A stretch of 64,000 nucleotides of DNA from Candidatus Bathyarchaeota archaeon (GTDB lineage: Archaea > Thermoproteota > Bathyarchaeia > Bathyarchaeales > Bathycorpusculaceae), in contig OY970340.1 of the NCBI GenBank assembly GCA_963717465.1, positions 2,464,001-2,528,000 of the forward strand. The letters run 5' to 3'. The position numbers were made by a program, and so were the translations under genes. Below are positions 41,038-51,904 of the stretch, one piece after another (position 1 is the first letter of the stretch; each line of letters opens with the position of its first letter). The notes beneath the pieces are model-generated. The model was not told where the DNA came from, searched no databases, and saw only the letters and a list, made by a program, of their open reading frames with translations.

Positions 41038-43164
41038 CTACTCCATGAATTTTTCAGGCGCTGGTACATCAGAAGAGAGGCCTTTACTTTTTCGCAAGTT
41101 ATTGATTATTTGCAATTCAAGTTTTTGCGGCATTGTATCCCAGTGATCAAAAAACATTTGCCAGAAAGCTCTCCCCGAAGTAGCTGACCTTAAGTCTGCG
41201 CTTAAACCAAAAGTTTCAGAAACAGGAATAAAACCGGATAAAACTGTTAGCATCCCCTTCTGCTCAAAAGACAACACTTTTCCGCGTCTTCTACTCATTA
41301 TTTTTGAACATTCTCCAGCTAATTCAGTTGTCACTGAAAGCACAATCTTGTAAATTGGCTCAAGCAAAACAGGCTTAGCAGTTAAAAAGGAGCCAAATAT
41401 TGCCTTGCCAACGCCGCGCATAACCTCCACAGAACCTCTCAATCCTTCATCATTGCTGACCTGCAAGTCAACCAGGCTCACCTTTACATGCCTAACAGGT
41501 TCACCGCATAATGGACCTGCATGACAAGCAAACTCAAAACCTGCGATAATAGATTCCAACACTTCTTCGCTTAACGATTCGGTAATACCTTTACTATCGA
41601 CAAGCACGTTACGTCTCTCATCAAACGATAAAATATTTCCGCCAGTCCCACCAGCCCGTTTTGTCGTTTTGGTTTGTTCTTCATCTTCAGGTTCAACTTG
41701 TATCCAGAAACTATTTTGTTTATTGGGGCTTTTAGCGTGGGCAACAACACCTTTGCTTCTGACACTTTCACGGTAAACAACTTTTGGCGAAGAAGCCACA
41801 ACATCAACTCGGAATTCGCTTTTTAACTGGTTAATAGCGATCTCCAAATGCAACTCGCCCATGCCGCTAAGCAGATATTCACCTGTTTCTCGGTTCACCG
41901 TAACAGCTAAGTTAGGATCTGCAGCGGACAAGTTTTCCATTCCGCCGAGCAAAACCTCCAAATTTTTAGGATTTTTAGGCTCAACTGCCATGGTAACTAC
42001 AGGCTCCGAAACGTAGCTTATGCCTTCAAAAGGAACCATTCCTGATTTATGATCTAAATCAACAAGAGTCTCCCCAGCCTTCACGCAACCCGACAAAGTC
42101 AAAACCACCAAATTGCCAGCTGAAACCCCAGCAACCTCTTCCCGGAAAGATCCCATATTAATCGCGACTTGATTCACCGTTGCCTCCGCTATTGCATCGA
42201 CAAGATGCAAAACATTTCCTTTCTTTACTTTCCCACAGAATAATCTGCCCAGCGCAAGACAGCCACCGTTTGAATCCGACTGCACGTTTGTTACACACAT
42301 GACTGTTGGGTCTTCATCCTGGCATGCAGTTAAGGCGTGACCAATTTCCGAGTCAACGTTTCCATCCCAAATTTTTGGTATTCTATAAGCTTGAGCTTCA
42401 CGTGGATCCGGAAGGCTCTTGATAGCGATTTCGAAGACCGCATCGTAAACAGGAAGCAGACTTTGCAGTTTAGTCTGCTGTGAATTCAAATAAGAGTTTA
42501 TTATATTTTCGAATTTGATGCTTTTCTCTTTTGCAATATTAGCGGTGAAGCCCCAACCGTGCAGCGCTGAACCATAAGCTACGTTGCTGTATGATGAGTC
42601 AATTTTCCACTTACTCTTAAAATCAGTTTCACAGTACAATTCGATAAGATCATTGAATCCGTTAACGATAAGTTTCAGTTTTTGTTTGATTTGCTGTTCA
42701 GTTAATTGCAATTCCGTGATTAACCGATCAACCTTATTTATGAATAATACTGGACGCACGCGTTCCTCAAGTGCTTGTCGCATGACAATTTCAGTTTGAG
42801 CCATGATTCCTTCGACTGCGTCAACAACAACTATAGCCCCATCAATAGCTCTTAGTGCACGTGTGACTTTACCAGTAAAATCCACATGTCCAGGCGTATC
42901 AACCAAATTTATTATGTGTTGATTGTAGAGTAATGTTATGTTTGCGGTTTTTATCGTGATTTTTCTTTTCTGCTCTTCCTCAAGATAATCTAGCACTCGT
43001 GCAGAACCAGCCATTTTAGGCGAAAGTAACCCCGCACCAGCCAATAATGAATCAGCAAGCGTTGTTTTTCCATGGTCAATGTGAGCGATTATTCCAACGT
43101 TTCGAATAGACTCTTTTTTATTCATTAATTGTTGAATTTGACTGATATGTCTAAACCTTGGCAT
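41038..43164 (-). CDS. Elongation factor 2 paralog (aEF-2p-like)
   Basis: AHIDHGKTT, DTPGH, NKVD, GMGELHL, LRSATSG; diphthamide HRG motif absent; start taken at ATG 43164. Confidence 0.88.
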   Translation of the reverse strand: MPRFRHISQIQQLMNKKESIRNVGIIAHIDHGKTTLADSLLAGAGLLSPKMAGSARVLDYLEEEQKRKITIKTANITLLYNQHIINLVDTPGHVDFTGKVTRALRAIDGAIVVVDAVEGIMAQTEIVMRQALEERVRPVLFINKVDRLITELQLTEQQIKQKLKLIVNGFNDLIELYCETDFKSKWKIDSSYSNVAYGSALHGWGFTANIAKEKSIKFENIINSYLNSQQTKLQSLLPVYDAVFEIAIKSLPDPREAQAYRIPKIWDGNVDSEIGHALTACQDEDPTVMCVTNVQSDSNGGCLALGRLFCGKVKKGNVLHLVDAIAEATVNQVAINMGSFREEVAGVSAGNLVVLTLSGCVKAGETLVDLDHKSGMVPFEGISYVSEPVVTMAVEPKNPKNLEVLLGGMENLSAADPNLAVTVNRETGEYLLSGMGELHLEIAINQLKSEFRVDVVASSPKVVYRESVRSKGVVAHAKSPNKQNSFWIQVEPEDEEQTKTTKRAGGTGGNILSFDERRNVLVDSKGITESLSEEVLESIIAGFEFACHAGPLCGEPVRHVKVSLVDLQVSNDEGLRGSVEVMRGVGKAIFGSFLTAKPVLLEPIYKIVLSVTTELAGECSKIMSRRRGKVLSFEQKGMLTVLSGFIPVSETFGLSADLRSATSGRAFWQMFFDHWDTMPQKLELQIINNLRKSKGLSSDVPAPEKFME

Positions 43165-43269
43165 GGTAACCCTTTTAGAGTAGATTTTATGTTGAACCAG
43201 ACTTCCTATTAAACCTTGAAAGCTTATATTTTTAACCTTCGAATTTAGTAAACGCACGAAGGATACGTT

Positions 43270-44163
43270 ATGGCAACTGACAAGCGTAGGATTGAAGAGA
43301 AGGCATCGACGACAGCAGGCTTTATGTGTATTGCAAGAGCAGCTTCTTACAAAGAAAAGAGAGAATGCTATAAGGGACCTGACAATGTTGCATACGAGCT
43401 TACTCCGAGTTTTCTCAAGTTTATCGTGAGATCAAGGCTGCTGTTCAAATCTCTTAATCGACGCTTCTTCGCCAAAGGGGCCTACGAGTACGTTATAGCG
43501 AGGACAAAATATTTTGATGCCGCATTCAAGAATGCCTTAGAAGAAGGATTTGATCAGATAGTCATTTTCGGTGCAGGATATGACAGCCGGGCACTTCGTT
43601 TCGGTGGATTTAATAAATCGACAACTGTTTTTGAGGTTGATGCGCCGAAAACACAGGAAGATAAGATAAAGGGTTTTAAATCTAGAAAACTCTCCCTGCC
43701 TTCATACGTGGTGTTTGTGCCCGTTGATTTTGACAAAGAGAGTTTGGAAGCGAAAATGTTGCAGGCTGGGTTCAAAGTGGGTAAAAGGACACTTTTTTCT
43801 ATGGAAGGGGTAACCATGTATCTGACTAAAGACGCTGTTGAAAATACCTTCCGTTTTATGTCTGACTCTTCAGGGGTGAGAAGCATGGTGGTTTTTGACC
43901 ACATCTACGCGGGTGTTCTGCGGGGAGAGAACAAGTATTATGGCGAGAAAGGCATGGCTCAGAGTGTTGCAAAAGCAGGTGAAAAATGGAGGTTCGGACT
44001 CGAAGAAGGCGAGACAGCGGGATTCCTTGATAAGTTCGGGTTCACGATTAAAGATAATTGCAATGCTAAGCAGCTTGAAGAAAGGTACTTCAAAAACTCC
44101 AGAGGCGAAATTGTCGCCAAAATCAACGGCACCCATGCTATTGTTTCAGCGGTTAAAGAATGA
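43270..44163 (+). CDS. SAM-dependent methyltransferase (LCM-like)
   Basis: ARTKYFD, QIVIFGAGYDSRA, FEVD, EGVTMYL. Confidence 0.88.
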   Translation: MATDKRRIEEKASTTAGFMCIARAASYKEKRECYKGPDNVAYELTPSFLKFIVRSRLLFKSLNRRFFAKGAYEYVIARTKYFDAAFKNALEEGFDQIVIFGAGYDSRALRFGGFNKSTTVFEVDAPKTQEDKIKGFKSRKLSLPSYVVFVPVDFDKESLEAKMLQAGFKVGKRTLFSMEGVTMYLTKDAVENTFRFMSDSSGVRSMVVFDHIYAGVLRGENKYYGEKGMAQSVAKAGEKWRFGLEEGETAGFLDKFGFTIKDNCNAKQLEERYFKNSRGEIVAKINGTHAIVSAVKE

Positions 44164-44235
44164 AGAGACTTTTTATAAAATGAAAAATGGAAAAATTAGA
44201 TTTCAAACTTAAAATCAAAGATATGTAGTTGATTC

Positions 44236-45018
44236 TTGGAGAACAAAAGAGTGCAGACGCCGATAATAGTTCCAATTGAAGAATTAAGCAGTGATCCTTA
44301 TGCTTCTGTCCTGTGCTTCCCAAAGTCTAGCAAGGATGAACTGGAAAGCCGCATCCAAGAACTATGTTTGCTTGGAGTTTCGGCTCTTGAGTTTTCAGGA
44401 ACAGCTAGTATCTTCGGCGTTAAAGTGCCCGTCTTAGGTAAAGGCTTTGTCGGTATAGTGGTAATCGCTCATGTAAATGGGCAGAGAGTGGCTGTGAAGA
44501 TTCTCAGGCGAGACGCAGGAAGAGAAGACCTTCTGCATGAAGCAAGCATGTTATCCAAAGCGAACTCGATGGATGTGGGTCCAAGGTTATTTGCAGCAAG
44601 CAAGAACTTCATCCTTATGCAGTTGGTTGACGGCACCCTACTTGCTAACTGGCTGAAAACAAACAAAAACGTAACGCCGACTAAGATCATTTTGAGAGAA
44701 GTCTTGGAGCAGTGCTTTAAGTTGGACCAATCAGGATTGGACCACGGCGAATTAAGCAAAGCACCAAAACATATCTTAGTAGACAAATCGCCTAAACCTT
44801 TCATTGTCGATTTTGAAACCGCCAGCATTAATCGGAAAGTAGCGAATGTTACTGCGGTTTGCCAGTTTCTTTTTATAGGCAAAAATACGACTGCAAGAAT
44901 AATCTCAGACATTCTTGGTGTAAGAGAGATGCCCAAAATAATTGATGCTTTAAAAAATTACAAGAAGAACAAGAATAAACAAAATTTTGAAAGAATAGTC
45001 GAAGCTTGTTTTTATTAA
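44236..45018 (+). CDS. Atypical Ser/Thr protein kinase (RIO/Bud32-like)
   Basis: LGKG..G.V, AVK, DHGELS, IVDFETA. Confidence 0.8.
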   Translation: MENKRVQTPIIVPIEELSSDPYASVLCFPKSSKDELESRIQELCLLGVSALEFSGTASIFGVKVPVLGKGFVGIVVIAHVNGQRVAVKILRRDAGREDLLHEASMLSKANSMDVGPRLFAASKNFILMQLVDGTLLANWLKTNKNVTPTKIILREVLEQCFKLDQSGLDHGELSKAPKHILVDKSPKPFIVDFETASINRKVANVTAVCQFLFIGKNTTARIISDILGVREMPKIIDALKNYKKNKNKQNFERIVEACFY

Positions 45019-45200
45019 GTCACATAGTTGATGGCTTCATTTAATCTTGTTTTCTCTGTTTTAATGGCTGCGTCGAGTTCTTGTGAGAGTTGATAGAGGT
45101 CTAGCCAAGTTTCAATTTTCTTTTGTCTGTCAACATTCTTCTTGTCGAAAAGCATTGGAACAGAATTTACAAATATCCAAACGAAATCTTCCTCTGTCAC
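45015..45200 (-). CDS. Hypothetical small protein
   Basis: 61-aa ORF with GGAG upstream. Confidence 0.4.
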   Translation of the reverse strand: MTEEDFVWIFVNSVPMLFDKKNVDRQKKIETWLDLYQLSQELDAAIKTEKTRLNEAINYVT

Positions 45201-45302
45201 CCTTCTCCCCGGCTATATCAATCAAAGATTTCTCTTATTAGGCAATATGATACAAAATTATAGAACTTTTTTCTAGAATATTTTAGCAAGTGTTCCAAGG
45301 GC

Positions 45303-46388
45303 TTAAGCTAGGACGTCCTGCAACCTACCTGCTTGTCGCGCATGTTTCAGTTCAAGTGCGATGCGTCTGCCCATGTACATGTTTTCTCCGTACTTTAGGT
45401 AAGCGTAGGGTGAGGTTCCGATGCCAACGTTTGTTCCTGCTACAATGCGTGCTGAAATTTCAAAGGTGAAAATTCTCAAGTCATCGGTTATCACGGTTTC
45501 AAGGCAAAACGGTCCAATTATTCCTGGCGAAGCAAGTTCACGCGCTTTTTTGTGAACGCTATCGCCCATCCGCATTAATTCTGGCAAAAGCGATTCACGC
45601 AGGGTAATCGGAAAATTGCCTACAATCGTATAGGTTGGGTTGACGTCTATTTCTAATTGTTCGTTTGCTGGAATTTTACCGATTGAATCCACGGCTGATT
45701 CATACCGGCGGTCAACACATAACAATTCTACGTCGTCCTTGATTATTGAGCTGAAATAGCTGGGGTAAACGTTGACTCCCAAAGCGTACTCCTGCAAATG
45801 AACCTTGTCCAAATCATCTTTTGAAAGCAGACCTCGCTTAACCATTTCATCAAATTTCTTGTAAAACGTCTTTGGGGAATTTGCAAGGAAATAGCCTCTT
45901 CCGCCTTTTGCGCCAGGTAGTTTGGCGATTATTAGGCGGTCAATTTCCTCGGGAGTTTTTAAGGTTGCGGGCAGTCGAAGGCCAGCTTGGCTTAACCATT
46001 CTTCTTGATCTTTGCGATTTGCTTCCCAATGCAAAAGTTTTCGGTTGCCAAACATCGGCACTTTAAGGCTGTCGGTGAGTTCTTTTGTGCTCAAGTAAGC
46101 TGTGAAAGACCCATGAGGAATCAGTACAGCGTTTAGTTTCCGAAGCTTATCCTGTAATGATTCGCTTAAGAGTTCAGTGAAGTCTTTAACGATAATTAAC
46201 TCGTCGACGAGCGGATACTTCTGGTACATGATTGCATCTTTTTCTTTACAGAGGCAGACTGTGCGAAAACCTTCTTCTTTTGCACCCTTGAAAATATTTA
46301 GGGAACTATGAGAGCCCAAAGTGGCAATCGTTAATTTTTTTGGATCGTACTTTTCAAGTATTTTTTTTATGTCGTGGCTTTCTATCAC
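45303..46388 (-). CDS. purP: PurP-family ATP-grasp ligase (AICAR formyl ligase)
   Basis: GSHSSL, PHGSF, GAKGGRGYF, DRRYES, FEISARIVAGTN. Confidence 0.9.
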   Translation of the reverse strand: MIESHDIKKILEKYDPKKLTIATLGSHSSLNIFKGAKEEGFRTVCLCKEKDAIMYQKYPLVDELIIVKDFTELLSESLQDKLRKLNAVLIPHGSFTAYLSTKELTDSLKVPMFGNRKLLHWEANRKDQEEWLSQAGLRLPATLKTPEEIDRLIIAKLPGAKGGRGYFLANSPKTFYKKFDEMVKRGLLSKDDLDKVHLQEYALGVNVYPSYFSSIIKDDVELLCVDRRYESAVDSIGKIPANEQLEIDVNPTYTIVGNFPITLRESLLPELMRMGDSVHKKARELASPGIIGPFCLETVITDDLRIFTFEISARIVAGTNVGIGTSPYAYLKYGENMYMGRRIALELKHARQAGRLQDVLA

Positions 46389-47476
46389 GTTACCACTTCC
46401 GAAAGCCTGCCTTCTGAAACAGCGCGTTTTATTTCCATGGCAACTCTTTTTCCCGGGCCAACTTCCACTCCGTACTTGTATTTCATATACGGAGAGGTGG
46501 CCTCAACGCATGGACAGCCTGGAACACGTGGGCTAACATCGAAAACGTAAAAATCCAAGTTTTTGGTTATTGCGCCCTGCAGTGCGAATAATCCGATCAT
46601 TCCTGGAGGGTACTCTTTTTTGCAGGTGCCAACGAATTTTTCTGCCGCTTCGAATATTTTTTCAATTTGGCTCTCGCGCATTGTTGCACCCATGTGGCCG
46701 ATTTCAATGTTTTGTGTTGGAATGTTCACTTCTATTTGTTCTTGAGCGGGTAAGTCAAGAATTCCGTCGAGGTCAGTTTGAATTCTTCTATCAAACCCTA
46801 AAAGGTCAATTTCACCTGTCAGTGGCGACCAAAACAGGTTAGCGTTAAACTTGGCTCCAACAACATATTCTTCTATAACTGCTTGTTTTAATGCTTCAGC
46901 GCTGATTATTCCCTGCTTAATTCGTTGCTCAGACGTTTTCTTATACTCTTCAAACGATTTAGCGTAAAAAAAGGCGCGTTCGATTGCTCTGGTTTTTTCG
47001 GGAACTTTTATGATTGCTAGTCTGTCAATTTCTTTCGGCGACCTGAAAGTCTTAGGTGTTGCAATACCAGCTTCCTTGAGAAGGAACAATTGGTTTCTTG
47101 GGGTATTACGCTCCTCAGTGCGAAGCATCGCCCTGTTACCCATTAAGGGCACAGCGAATTTTTCTTCAATTTCCTCGTAACCAGCGTAAACCGAGAAGGA
47201 ACGATTCGGAACAAAAATCGTGTTCAAATCATTAAGGTGCTTAACTGTGCTTGGGCTTGTAATATCAGCAAATTTGTCAACAAGTATCGTGTGGTCAAAC
47301 AGGTTACCGTAATACTTAGTGTATGTTTTTTCTCTGCCTTTTTGGCAGACAACGACTGTTTGGAAACCTTCCTGCTTCGCGCCTGAAGCAATTTCAAGAG
47401 CTGAATGTGAGCCTAAAACGCCTATCCGTACCGCTTTAGGATTATAAGACTCTACGATTTGCTTAATCTTTTTCAT
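46385..47476 (-). CDS. PurP-like paralog
   Basis: GSHSALEI, PNRSF, ERAFF, DRRIQT, FDVSPRVPG. Confidence 0.85.
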   Translation of the reverse strand: MKKIKQIVESYNPKAVRIGVLGSHSALEIASGAKQEGFQTVVVCQKGREKTYTKYYGNLFDHTILVDKFADITSPSTVKHLNDLNTIFVPNRSFSVYAGYEEIEEKFAVPLMGNRAMLRTEERNTPRNQLFLLKEAGIATPKTFRSPKEIDRLAIIKVPEKTRAIERAFFYAKSFEEYKKTSEQRIKQGIISAEALKQAVIEEYVVGAKFNANLFWSPLTGEIDLLGFDRRIQTDLDGILDLPAQEQIEVNIPTQNIEIGHMGATMRESQIEKIFEAAEKFVGTCKKEYPPGMIGLFALQGAITKNLDFYVFDVSPRVPGCPCVEATSPYMKYKYGVEVGPGKRVAMEIKRAVSEGRLSEVVT

Positions 47477-48534
47477 CTTGCATTTTCACCCATGTAATTC
47501 TTGTAATCTTTAATTACCTTAGCAAGTTTGGGCGCGTGAAAAAGTCTGCATCCTGTCATTTCTTCCGCTGTCGCCAGATACATTTCGCTAATAATCTTTT
47601 TTAGTTTAATGTCAAGTCTTGGCGGATTTGACTTACACAGGGTTTTCCAGTCCTCGACGCCTCTGAGCTCAGCAGTCCTTTTAGCTTCTTCAACATCAGC
47701 ATACCAAGCAGTTTTCTTGTAAAATTGTCTAGCAATCTCTTTGCTTACATGCACTCCGTCAAACGTAAACCTGCATTCATCCAAAGTCCCTAGGACGTCG
47801 ACAACCATAAGGTTTCTTTTATCATCAAAGGCTAACTCAATTTTTCCATCCTCATTCTTCAACATCGCAGGCGTGGCAGCTTGAGTTATGGTTTCATCGG
47901 CCTCTAAAAGAACTTTTTTTACGTCAGCTAATTCTTGGTTGGTTAAACCACTGATTTCTTGGGCTTCAGTCCAAGTAATATAACGGTCCGTTTCTTCCAG
48001 CTTTGTGCTCACATCGAAGATTGGCTTATCCAGCTGTTCACCAGGTTTCGGATAATGCGTTAAACCTAAATCTTCTAAAGTTATTTTCCCCTGCTCAAGA
48101 CGCTTGAATACTGACGAACCTTCAGGTAACCCGTTTCTGTATATTATTTCAAGTGGAATCAAAAAATTCTTCAAGTCTAAATTGTACATTGAATAATCGC
48201 GCGACATTTTCCCGTCAGCAACGCTCGTTTCAGGCCTGTAAACATTAACCAAGTTAACTTCCATAATGTTAGTTGGCTTCTTTAACGCTTTAACATGAAC
48301 GGATTTACCTTTTTCATCAATTAAACTCCTATAATGGGTCTTTACTCCTTTCTCTTCAAGGCGTTCAAAACAGTAAGCACCCATTAAGCATAATGCTTGT
48401 CCTTTACCTTCTATAAGGTCAGGCATTTCACCCCAGTCAAAAACGCTGTAGCGGTCAGAAAATACAAATCTACCTACACCCATAGAATTTTCAGTTGGCT
48501 TTCTGATTACTTCAAGGTCTTTTACGCTACCCAA
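47473..48534 (-). CDS. purC: SAICAR synthase
   Basis: GSVKD, FSDRYSVFDW, PLEIIYRN, STKLE, DGKIE, GTLDECRF; start taken at TTG 48534. Confidence 0.92.
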   Translation of the reverse strand: MGSVKDLEVIRKPTENSMGVGRFVFSDRYSVFDWGEMPDLIEGKGQALCLMGAYCFERLEEKGVKTHYRSLIDEKGKSVHVKALKKPTNIMEVNLVNVYRPETSVADGKMSRDYSMYNLDLKNFLIPLEIIYRNGLPEGSSVFKRLEQGKITLEDLGLTHYPKPGEQLDKPIFDVSTKLEETDRYITWTEAQEISGLTNQELADVKKVLLEADETITQAATPAMLKNEDGKIELAFDDKRNLMVVDVLGTLDECRFTFDGVHVSKEIARQFYKKTAWYADVEEAKRTAELRGVEDWKTLCKSNPPRLDIKLKKIISEMYLATAEEMTGCRLFHAPKLAKVIKDYKNYMGENAR

Positions 48535-48658
48535 TTGATTTACCTCAACTGGTAGTTCTATCAGAACATTCTTTTTTAGCTTTATCGCTTTATCAAGTAC
48601 AAAATGGTTTGATGATTGGCAAAGGCTAAGCTCAACTAGTAAAAATATCAAGAAAAAA

Positions 48659-49138
48659 TTACTTTAGTTTCTTCACTGATTCGTTGGCTTTCTCGATATC
48701 TTTCCTTTTGCCTTCCTGATAATTTTTCACTTTGATTTCTAATTCACGGTCTTCTAAACCGAGAATTTTTGCAGCCACAATAGCGGCGCCTTCAGGCTCA
48801 ACTGTAACGACTGATCCAATTCCGCTTGGTACTCTAAGGGACGAGTAAATATCTGCTCCACCAAATTTCTCAGAGTAAGGCGGGCACGCAATAACAGGTT
48901 TTGAGGTGTTAGCGTCGGCAAAAGCGCTTAATGCATTGGAGCGTCCAGCAACAGTTATGTAAACAATTTTTTCGTTTTGCGTTTCTCTTAATATTTGAAG
49001 CACTTTCTCTGGAGTTTTATGTGCGGATGCAACGCAGAAACTGTATGGCACGCCTAAAATCTTAAGGTATTTAGCGATATCCCTTGAGAAATCTAAGTCT
49101 CTTTCAGAACCCATAATTATGAGTGCTTTTCCCAGCAT
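48659..49138 (-). CDS. purE: AIR carboxylase / N5-CAIR mutase
   Basis: IIMGSERD, SAHKTP, AGRSNAL, PVIACPP. Confidence 0.93.
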   Translation of the reverse strand: MLGKALIIMGSERDLDFSRDIAKYLKILGVPYSFCVASAHKTPEKVLQILRETQNEKIVYITVAGRSNALSAFADANTSKPVIACPPYSEKFGGADIYSSLRVPSGIGSVVTVEPEGAAIVAAKILGLEDRELEIKVKNYQEGKRKDIEKANESVKKLK

Positions 49139-49420
49139 AACTTATCAAATACTGTAAAAGGCTTACTTGCTAATTAATTTTGGGTGAACCAACGACTTTT
49201 CAGGCAGTTTGACCTGCATTTTTCGCAAAGTTTTTTTGTCAAAACTACTAAATAAATTCAGTCCAATTCGTTTGTTTAAATCGTCACTCAAAAGAGGCGA
49301 ATGCGAAACGTTCAGTCCATCTTCAAACGACTGTCATAAAGCTATGAAATATTCACGAGAAATTATCAAAATACCAAACGAGCTTCACTCGCAAGGGGCA
49401 ATTATTGGGGGTTTTCTTTT

Positions 49421-49690
49421 GTGAATAAGCATAGAAGGAATAGTGTTGAGATTGATTGCGATATTCTTCTATCTTGCAAAACGGGAGGCACCAAAACGCG
49501 CGTTGTATACCAAGCTAATTTAAATAATCTACGCATAAATCGTCACTTGGAAATACTGTTGAACGCAGGATTGCTGACCAAAGAACAAAATAGAACGGGA
49601 AATACGATTTATCGAACGACTCAAAGTGGATTGAAATTTTTGAAGGATGCAAAGCTCAATAAGACGAAAACTCGAATTAAAGACTGCTAA
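49421..49690 (+). CDS. Winged-helix DNA-binding protein
   Basis: RR...EI..DIL, KTRVVYQANLN, Y.TT..G. Confidence 0.75.
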   Translation: MNKHRRNSVEIDCDILLSCKTGGTKTRVVYQANLNNLRINRHLEILLNAGLLTKEQNRTGNTIYRTTQSGLKFLKDAKLNKTKTRIKDC

Positions 49691-49926
49691 ATTCATCATG
49701 GTCAAACAACAAAAACCCTTTTCCCACTAAATTGAGAAATAATTCAGAGGTCTCCCTACCGCTTTTATTGATATTTAATGGAAACAGATAGATTGTCTAA
49801 AAAGGCGAGTATATTCTTACGCTTTCCATAAATTCACTTTAACTCTCCTCTCCACTTATTAACAACTCTTAATTTTCGCTTGTTTTAAATACACCAAACA
49901 TCACTCATCTAAAAGCGTGAAAGTTA

Positions 49927-50970
49927 ATGTCTGAAACCGAAGATGAACTACCACAAGAAAAAGAAGAAAAAGCAGAAGAGGAACCTTCAAACACAAAATA
50001 CGAGTTCATAGAAGATCTTCCCGGCGTTGGCCCCGCAACAGCTCAAAAACTCCGTGAACTCGGCTACCACACCGTAGAATCATTAGCCATGGCTACAGCG
50101 AGAGAGTTAGAACCTGTAGGTGTTAGCGAAAAAAAATCGTTCCAGATAATTGAGGCAGCACGTTCATCAATCGGCATCAGTTTCATTCGCGCAGATGAAC
50201 TTTTTAAAATGCGCCAGAAAGTTGTACGTTTAACTTCAGGCAGCAAAGCCTTGGATAAAATCATCGATGGCGGATTAGAAACACAGACCATCACTGAATT
50301 CTACGGTGAATATGGTAGCGGGAAAAGCCAGATTTGCCATCAATTATGCGTCAATGTTCAGTTACCTCAGGAAAGAGGTGGATTAAATGGCTCCGCATTA
50401 TACGTTGACACTGAGAACACTTTCAGGCTTGAACGAATAGTCCAGATGTCAAAGCATTTAGGACTTGACCCTGAACAAGTGGTTAAAAACATTATTTACG
50501 CTGAAGCCTTCACTTCAGACCACCAAATGTTCCTGCTGGAAAATGCAGATGAAATTATAAAAGCAAACAACATCAAACTCATAATTGTAGATTCACTAAC
50601 TGCACATTTCAGAAGCGAGTACATTGGACGAGAAATGCTAGCTTCACGCCAACAAAAACTGAACAAGCACATGCATAAACTCATCTCACTGGCAAGAGGC
50701 TTTAATGCGGTAGCCGTGGTAACCAACCAAGTTATGGCTAAGCCTGACCAGTTCTTCGGGGACGCTATTCACCCAATAGGTGGACACATTGTTGGACACA
50801 CAAGTCATACAAGAATTTACTTGCGCAGGGCATCCCATGGTCCAATCAGGATTGCGCGACTTGTTTCAAGTCCATATTTGCCTGAAGGCGAGGAAATACT
50901 TAAAGTAACAGAGAATGGAATAGAAGATGTCTCTGAAGAGGAGAAAACAAGTAAATCTCGTGGTCGTTAA
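49927..50970 (+). CDS. radA: DNA repair recombinase RadA
   Basis: LPGVGPATA, GEYGSGKSQ, DTENTF, VDSL, RQQKL, TNQV. Confidence 0.97.
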   Translation: MSETEDELPQEKEEKAEEEPSNTKYEFIEDLPGVGPATAQKLRELGYHTVESLAMATARELEPVGVSEKKSFQIIEAARSSIGISFIRADELFKMRQKVVRLTSGSKALDKIIDGGLETQTITEFYGEYGSGKSQICHQLCVNVQLPQERGGLNGSALYVDTENTFRLERIVQMSKHLGLDPEQVVKNIIYAEAFTSDHQMFLLENADEIIKANNIKLIIVDSLTAHFRSEYIGREMLASRQQKLNKHMHKLISLARGFNAVAVVTNQVMAKPDQFFGDAIHPIGGHIVGHTSHTRIYLRRASHGPIRIARLVSSPYLPEGEEILKVTENGIEDVSEEEKTSKSRGR

Positions 50971-50972
50971 GA

Positions 50973-51434
50973 ATGCCCATACCTCAAGCTTTAGTCGCAA
51001 GGTACTTTCAACTCATAGTAGGTAGACAATTTACCGAAGCAGAAAGAGAATTAGAACGTCTTAAACAGAAAATGCAGAAAACAGAGTGGAACAGAGGATA
51101 CTTTAGAGCATTATACGGAATGTACCTTACACGCAAAAACAACAATGACAGCTATGCTTTCTTCTCAAAACTGGACTTAAGCGACAAGGCAACATTGCAC
51201 ATGTACAGAAAAGAGTTTCTAGATCACATGAGAAACGGGCTTCACGGCGATTTTGATCGCGGCTTCTTTTCTGCGTGGGCAGATTGCATGCGTGTTCTAA
51301 CGCGAATGGATATCCAAAATCCTTCAAGCAACGATGAAAATAGCGGAGCAGAAGGCGAAAAAATTGAGACCCTAAAGAGTGACAAGAGCCAAGCAACAAT
51401 CGCGAATTTTTTCAGCAAAAGCGAAGAAGATTAA
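50973..51434 (+). CDS. Hypothetical protein
   Basis: 153-aa ORF 2 nt after radA. Confidence 0.65.
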   Translation: MPIPQALVARYFQLIVGRQFTEAERELERLKQKMQKTEWNRGYFRALYGMYLTRKNNNDSYAFFSKLDLSDKATLHMYRKEFLDHMRNGLHGDFDRGFFSAWADCMRVLTRMDIQNPSSNDENSGAEGEKIETLKSDKSQATIANFFSKSEED

Positions 51435-51446
51435 TTAGATTTATCT

Positions 51447-51737
51447 TTATCTTAGAAGCGTGTAAAATAGTACCAGAAATGATAGCCATGCAAAGAAGTA
51501 CATGCCAATTCCTGTTGTCATAATTTTTGATTGTTCCTCAATAGCTTTCCTAAATATGGGTTTAAGAACGTAGTAGGATACTAGATAAACAAGCAAAGCA
51601 ACTGAAACGCAGTTCACTAGAGTGTAATATGAAGTTGCAGCTGAAGCTCCGAGTTGCGTAGCTAAAAGTGCGCTTAGTGCTGCCGCAACAATTCCCAGCG
51701 CGACCCTTAACCAATATAACTGCACAATTGGGTTCAT
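51447..51737 (-). CDS. Small 3-TM protein, EMC6/Rab5ip-like
   Basis: YW.R..LG, G...YF..W....L.YTL pattern. Confidence 0.55.
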   Translation of the reverse strand: MNPIVQLYWLRVALGIVAAALSALLATQLGASAATSYYTLVNCVSVALLVYLVSYYVLKPIFRKAIEEQSKIMTTGIGMYFFAWLSFLVLFYTLLR

Positions 51738-51904
51738 CTAAGTTAATGCCTCTTTACAAACTTTTTTGGGTATCAATAAAACGTGCATAGATATAAATCG
51801 TTTATGTATCTTTCTTTTTGATTCGCCCTGAAAAAGGCTAAAAAACTAAAAAAAGATTGTTTTATTAGTAATGTCTTAATTGATTTCATGACGGATGTAG
51901 AAAG

